DNA of 10,201 nucleotides from a virus: UHGV virus genome UHGV-0350838; one strand, 5' to 3'. Shown piece by piece: positions 6,715 to 10,201 of this stretch (position 1 is its first letter; each line of letters starts with the position of its first letter). The notes under the pieces were generated by a model. It saw only the letters and a program-made list of their open reading frames with translations, ran no database searches and was not told where the DNA came from. The position numbers and the translations under genes were made by a program.

Positions 6715-6893
6715 CGCATCCTCACGATAATATCCGGGTAGGCGCGATCACTTTCGTCTACTCCATTACAAAGCGAGGCTGGGTATTTCCCGGCCTTTCT
6801 GTTATCAGAAATCCCCTGAAAGCACAGCGGCTGGCTGAGGAGATAAATAATAAACGGGGAGCTGTATGCACAAAGCATCTCCCGTTGAGTTAA
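6711..6893 (+). CDS. orf60a: orf60a, small conserved PL-operon protein, 60 aa
   Basis: [60 protein letters not shown]; start at the second ATG (6711), overlapping the exo stop, gives the 60-aa lambda size. Confidence 0.75.
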
Positions 6894-7057
6894 GAACGAG
6901 TATCGAGATGGCACATAGCCTCGCTCAAATTGGAGTCAGGTTTGTGCCAATACCAGTAGAAACAGACGAAGAATTTCATACGTTAGCCGCATCCCTTTTA
7001 CAAAAGCTGGAAATGATGGTGGCGAAAGCAGAAGCAGATGAGAGAGACCAGGTATGA
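6866..7057 (+). CDS. orf63: orf63, small conserved PL-operon protein, 63 aa
   Basis: [63 protein letters not shown]; position and size match lambda orf63. Confidence 0.8.
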   Translation: MHKASPVELRTSIEMAHSLAQIGVRFVPIPVETDEEFHTLAASLLQKLEMMVAKAEADERDQV

Positions 7058-7125
7058 CAACCACTGAATGCATTTTTCTGGCAGCGGGCTTCATATTCTG
7101 TGTGCTTATGCTTGCCGACATATAA
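7054..7125 (+). CDS. Putative 23-aa hydrophobic peptide, translationally coupled to orf63
   Basis: ATGA overlap with the orf63 stop; encodes MTTTECIFLAAGFIFCVLMLADI (one hydrophobic span); stop codon abuts the left arm of the 47-bp inverted repeat. Too short for the ORF track. Confidence 0.35.
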   Translation: MTTTECIFLAAGFIFCVLMLADI

Positions 7126-7170
7126 AAAAGGAGCCTGTAGCTCCCTGATGATTTTGCTTTTCATGTTCAC
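7124..7170. repeat. Left arm of a 47-bp perfect inverted repeat; contains a minus-strand terminator-like hairpin
   Basis: AAAAAAGGAGCCTGTAGCTCCCTGATGATTTTGCTTTTCATGTTCAC is the exact reverse complement of 7350-7396; internal GGAGC-CTGTA-GCTCC hairpin is followed by T6 on the minus strand. Confidence 0.9.
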
Positions 7171-7349
7171 CGTTCCTTAAAGACGCCGTTCAACATGCCG
7201 ATCGCCAGGCTTAAATGAGTCGGTGTGAATCCCATCAGCGTTACCGTTTCGCGGTGCTTCTTTAGTACGCTACGGCAAATGTCATCGACGTTTTTATCCG
7301 GAAACTGCTGTCTGGCTTTTTTGATTTCAGAATTAGCCTGACGGGCAAT

Positions 7350-7396
7350 GTGAACATGAAAAGCAAAATCATCAGGGAGCTACAGGCTCCTTTTTT
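7350..7396. repeat. Right arm of the 47-bp perfect inverted repeat; contains a plus-strand terminator-like hairpin
   Basis: GTGAACATGAAAAGCAAAATCATCAGGGAGCTACAGGCTCCTTTTTT; GGAGC-TACAG-GCTCC hairpin followed by T6 on the plus strand, about 55 bp upstream of orf73. Confidence 0.9.
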
Positions 7397-7451
7397 ATTA
7401 TTCGCATTCACCCTCAAGCGTATTAACCAACAATTCAGGGATTAATGAAAG

Positions 7452-7673
7452 ATGGCAGACATAATTGATTCAGCATCAGAAATTGAAGAATTACAGCGCA
7501 ACACAGCAATAAAAATGCGCCGCCTGAACCACCAGGCTATATCTGCCACTCATTGTTGTGAGTGTGGCGATCCGATAGATGAACGAAGACGACTGGCCGT
7601 TCAGGGTTGTCGGACTTGTGCCAGTTGCCAGCAAGATCTGGAGCTTATCAGTAAACAGAGAGGTTCGAAGTGA
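7452..7673 (+). CDS. orf73: TraR/DksA-family C4 zinc-finger protein (lambda orf73-like), 73 aa
   Basis: MADIIDSASEIEELQRNTAIKMRRLNHQAISATHCCECGDPIDERRRLAVQGCRTCASCQQDLELISKQRGSK; CxxC...CxxC spacing typical of TraR/DksA C-terminal zinc fingers. Confidence 0.8.
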   Translation: MADIIDSASEIEELQRNTAIKMRRLNHQAISATHCCECGDPIDERRRLAVQGCRTCASCQQDLELISKQRGSK

Positions 7674-7883
7674 GCGAAATTAACTAGAAGCCAAAGATAA
7701 AATCATCGCTGAGCAGGAGAAAATCGCTAACGGAGAAAAGACAGTAAGTCAGTATATGAAAACCGCATGATATCATCAGATAAAAATCGGTCGTAAAGCG
7801 AAATATTAATACCAGAACAAACGAGTCGAGGTAAATTATATTACCTCGATAAATTAACTAAAACTTGCCCGCTATATACTATA

Positions 7884-8486
7884 TCATTCAGTATCATCAC
7901 GCGCGGTCTGTGCATATGTCACTACCGCACCTAATATATTAATTTTCTTTTCAACATAGATAATATTATCGTACTCATAATTGCCATACGGATAGCAAAT
8001 GCGAATATTCTCATGTAGATCGGGGTCATCCACCTCAGCTCCAGAACAACTTTTTGAACTACCGGAAGTATACCGATACGGTGCAACATAAGACGATGTC
8101 TCTCCAGGCAAAAAATAAGTTAGTGTCGTAAGGGGTATAATCAGAAAAAATCCAGCAAATATGCACATCCCTGCATAAACCTTAAGGTATGCTGACAGAC
8201 TCTTCCAGCCTCTTTGTTTTACTATCCCCTTCTTAACCCAAAACAGAGATAACAGAAAAGCTATTCCCATGCTAAACAGAATGTAATAGTGGGATATACT
8301 CTGATTAAGAAACGTGACCCTGTAGATATCTGCCCGCCACCAGAAGAAAAGGAAAATAAAGATCAGCCCTGAAACTGTCATGCAAATCAAATAAGGATAC
8401 GAATCTTTTTTCATGTTTAGCGCCCATAAAATTTTTCCTGACCCGGACAAATTTACCATCCATTTTTTGCGCAGAAAATAGCTCAT
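7884..8486 (-). CDS. Hypothetical multi-pass membrane protein (three predicted TM helices plus a roughly 75-aa Cys/Tyr-rich C-terminal domain), up to 200 aa; start codon uncertain
   Basis: Long ORF in a markedly AT-rich segment, opposite in orientation to the surrounding PL operon; hydrophobic spans YLICMTVSGLIFIFLFFWW, YYILFSMGIAFLLSLFWV and VYAGMCIFAGFFLIIPLTTLTYFL. None of the candidate starts (8484-8486, 8457-8459, 8412-8414) has a clear Shine-Dalgarno. Not a protein I recognise. Confidence 0.72.
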   Translation of the reverse strand: MSYFLRKKWMVNLSGSGKILWALNMKKDSYPYLICMTVSGLIFIFLFFWWRADIYRVTFLNQSISHYYILFSMGIAFLLSLFWVKKGIVKQRGWKSLSAYLKVYAGMCIFAGFFLIIPLTTLTYFLPGETSSYVAPYRYTSGSSKSCSGAEVDDPDLHENIRICYPYGNYEYDNIIYVEKKINILGAVVTYAQTARDDTE

Positions 8487-8657
8487 TACTTACTGCACAA
8501 TAATACACAAAATTGCGTAAATTTTTTGCATGGATTTTAGCTCTTTCAGCCGACATTTAAGGGGTAAATAGCATTTCCTAAAAGCAACTGCACCAACCCA
8601 ACAGAAGGGCTACCGCTTACGTTGAGAGCAAAAAAGTGTATAGCAGCAATGAAGAGC

Positions 8658-8688
8658 ATCCTCGCACTGACGAGGATTTCTTTTATCT
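8658..8688 (+). terminator. Putative intrinsic terminator
   Basis: ATCCTCG-CACTGA-CGAGGAT hairpin followed by TTCTTTTATCT. Confidence 0.55.
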
Positions 8689-8727
8689 GAACTCGCTACG
8701 GCGGGTTTTGTTTTATGGAGATGATAA

Positions 8728-8895
8728 ATGCACTTCCGAGTCACAGGTGAATGGAATGGAGAACCATTCAACAGAGTTATCGAAGCCGAGAACATCAGCG
8801 ACTGCTATGACCACTGGATGCTGTGGGCGCAGATAGCACATGCAGACGTAACCAATATTCGAATTGAAGAACTGAAAGAACACCAAGCCGCCTGA
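8728..8895 (+). CDS. Hypothetical 55-aa protein upstream of xis
   Basis: GGAG Shine-Dalgarno 7 nt upstream of the ATG; encodes MHFRVTGEWNGEPFNRVIEAENISDCYDHWMLWAQIAHADVTNIRIEELKEHQAA; a terminator hairpin overlaps its stop. From memory lambda has an ORF of this size 39 nt upstream of xis. Too short for the ORF track. Confidence 0.55.
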   Translation: MHFRVTGEWNGEPFNRVIEAENISDCYDHWMLWAQIAHADVTNIRIEELKEHQAA

Positions 8896-8908
8896 TGGCG
8901 GTTTTTTC
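8886..8908 (+). terminator. Intrinsic terminator just upstream of xis
   Basis: CCGCC-TGAT-GGCGG hairpin followed by TTTTTTCTT. Confidence 0.6.
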
Positions 8909-8945
8909 TTGCGTGTAATTGCGGAGACTTTGCGATGTACTTGAC
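8909..8945 (+). promoter_or_regulatory. pI-like CII-activated promoter for int
   Basis: TTGCGTGTAATTGC (8909-8922) is a TTGC-N6-TTGC activator site immediately upstream of and overlapping the xis start, as at lambda pI. Confidence 0.6.
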
Positions 8946-9153
8946 ACTTCAGGAGTGGAACGCACGCCAGCGACGCCCAAGAAGCCTTGAAACAGTTCGT
9001 CGATGGGTACGCGAGTGCAGGATATTCCCTCCTCCGGTTAAGGATGGAAGAGAGTATCTGTTCCACGAATCAGCGGTAAAGGTTGACTTAAATCGACCAG
9101 TAACAGGTAGCCTTTTGAAGAGGATCAGAAATGGGAAGAAGGCGAAGTCATGA
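8935..9153 (+). CDS. xis: Excisionase Xis, 72 aa
   Basis: MYLTLQEWNARQRRPRSLETVRRWVRECRIFPPPVKDGREYLFHESAVKVDLNRPVTGSLLKRIRNGKKAKS matches lambda Xis; 23-nt overlap with int. Confidence 0.95.
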   Translation: MYLTLQEWNARQRRPRSLETVRRWVRECRIFPPPVKDGREYLFHESAVKVDLNRPVTGSLLKRIRNGKKAKS

Positions 9154-10201
9154 GCGCCGGGATTTACCCCCTAACCTTTATATAAGAAACAATGGATATT
9201 ACTGCTACAGGGACCCAAGGACGGGTAAAGAGTTTGGATTAGGCAGAGACAGGCGAATCGCAATCACTGAAGCCATACAGGCCAACATTGAGTTATTTTC
9301 AGGACACAAACACAAGCCTCTGACAGCGAGAATCAACAGTGATAATTCCGTTACGTTACATTCATGGCTTGATCGCTACGAAAAAATCTTGGCCAGCAGA
9401 GGAATCAAGCAGAAGACACTCATAAATTACATGAGCAAAATTAAAGCAATAAGGAGGGGTCTGCCTGATGCTCCACTTGAAGACATCACCACAAAAGAAA
9501 TTGCGGCAATGCTCAATGGATACATAGACGAGGGCAAGGCGGCGTCAGCCAAGTTAATCAGATCAACACTGAGCGATGCATTCCGAGAGGCAATAGCTGA
9601 AGGCCATATAACAACAAACCCTGTCGCTGCCACTCGCGCAGCAAAATCAGAGGTAAGGAGATCAAGACTTACGGCTGACGAATACCTGAAAATTTATCAA
9701 GCAGCAGAATCATCACCATGTTGGCTCAGACTTGCAATGGAACTGGCTGTTGTTACCGGGCAACGAGTTGGTGATTTATGCGAAATGAAGTGGTCTGATA
9801 TCGTAGATGGATATCTTTATGTCGAGCAAAGCAAAACAGGCGTAAAAATTGCCATCCCAACAACATTGCATGTTGATGCTCTCGGGATATCAATGAAGGA
9901 AACACTTGATAAATGCAAAGAGATTCTTGGCGGAGAAACCATAATTGCATCTACTCGTCGTGAACCGCTTTCATCCGGCACAGTATCAAGGTATTTTATG
10001 CGCGCACGAAAAGCATCAGGTCTTTCCTTCGAAGGGGATCCGCCTACCTTTCACGAGTTGCGCAGTTTGTCTGCAAGACTCTATGAGAAGCAGATAAGCG
10101 ATAAGTTTGCTCAACATCTTCTCGGGCATAAGTCGGACACCATGGCATCACAGTATCGTGATGACAGAGGCAGGGAGTGGGACAAAATTGAAATCAAATA
10201 A
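9131..10201 (+). CDS. int: Tyrosine site-specific integrase Int, 356 aa
   Basis: MGRRRSHERRDLPPNLYIRNNGYYCYRDPRTGKEFGLGRDRRIAITEAIQANIELFSGHKHKPLTARINSDNSVTLHSWLDRYEKILASRGIKQKTL... matches lambda Int over its full length; the stop codon is the last triplet of the window. Confidence 0.97.
   Translation: MGRRRSHERRDLPPNLYIRNNGYYCYRDPRTGKEFGLGRDRRIAITEAIQANIELFSGHKHKPLTARINSDNSVTLHSWLDRYEKILASRGIKQKTLINYMSKIKAIRRGLPDAPLEDITTKEIAAMLNGYIDEGKAASAKLIRSTLSDAFREAIAEGHITTNPVAATRAAKSEVRRSRLTADEYLKIYQAAESSPCWLRLAMELAVVTGQRVGDLCEMKWSDIVDGYLYVEQSKTGVKIAIPTTLHVDALGISMKETLDKCKEILGGETIIASTRREPLSSGTVSRYFMRARKASGLSFEGDPPTFHELRSLSARLYEKQISDKFAQHLLGHKSDTMASQYRDDRGREWDKIEIK

Noticed and set aside
4978-6914. Overlapping ORFs inside gam, bet and exo (4978-5178, 5134-5406, 5213-5689, 5487-5720, 5815-6108, 5865-6047, 6394-6705, 6615-6914)
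   Set aside because: All are alternate-frame or antisense overlaps of the confidently identified Red genes in GC-richer DNA where long spurious ORFs are common.
6936-7170. Minus-strand ORFs 6936-7121 and 6976-7170 antisense to orf63
   Set aside because: They run through the minus-strand terminator hairpin in the left repeat arm and are antisense to a conserved gene; considered only as part of the inverted-repeat finding.
8305-8556. 83-aa minus-strand ORF overlapping the N-terminus of the 200-aa membrane ORF in another frame
   Set aside because: No ribosome-binding site and it overlaps the more convincing membrane-protein frame; kept in mind because long ORFs are less expected in AT-rich DNA, but not called.
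8610-9066. ORFs 8636-8836 (+), 8610-8795 (-), 8713-9066 (-) and 8795-8980 (-) around the 55-aa ORF and xis
   Set aside because: They cross terminator hairpins or are antisense to xis; the 55-aa frame with its Shine-Dalgarno is the better model.
9427-9950. Minus-strand ORFs 9427-9633 and 9753-9950 inside int
   Set aside because: Antisense to a full-length integrase; shadow ORFs.
1-10201. Possibility that the window is simply wild-type lambda
   Set aside because: The immunity module is P22-type, rexAB are absent, the N-like protein differs, ori has one iteron and the ea22/ea8.5 slot holds different DNA; it is a mosaic relative, not lambda itself.
1-10201. CRISPR arrays, tRNA or rRNA genes, IS elements with transposase
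   Set aside because: No regularly spaced direct repeats, no tRNA-like cloverleaf candidates noticed, and no transposase-like ORF; the only repeat structure is the 47-bp inverted repeat reported above.

Overview
This window is the early-left, immunity and integration segment of a mosaic lambdoid prophage, presented reverse-complemented relative to the conventional lambda map. Gene order read left to right: O (5' part, minus strand, frameshifted) - oop - cII-like c1 - nutR - cro - OR - c2 repressor - OL/PL - nutL - N-like antiterminator - sieB (minus) - orf28 - ral - extra 149-aa membrane protein - ea10 - cIII - kil - gam - bet - exo - orf60a - orf63 - 23-aa peptide and a 47-bp inverted repeat - orf73 (TraR-like) - AT-rich minus-strand 200-aa membrane protein - 55-aa ORF - xis - int. 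The recombination, Red and int/xis genes are lambda-type; the immunity module (c2/cro/c1 and operators) is P22-type; the N-like protein and its boxB match neither lambda nor P22 as I recall them. The window ends at the int stop codon, so attP or the prophage junction should lie just beyond position 10201. The best candidates for undescribed biology are two unannotated membrane-protein genes in moron-like positions (7884-8486 minus strand, and 3512-3961), a 47-bp perfect inverted repeat bracketing about 180 bp next to a 23-aa hydrophobic peptide, and a replication origin reduced to a single iteron with a frameshifted O gene. All homology calls and lambda comparisons are from memory of the protein and DNA sequences; no search was run.
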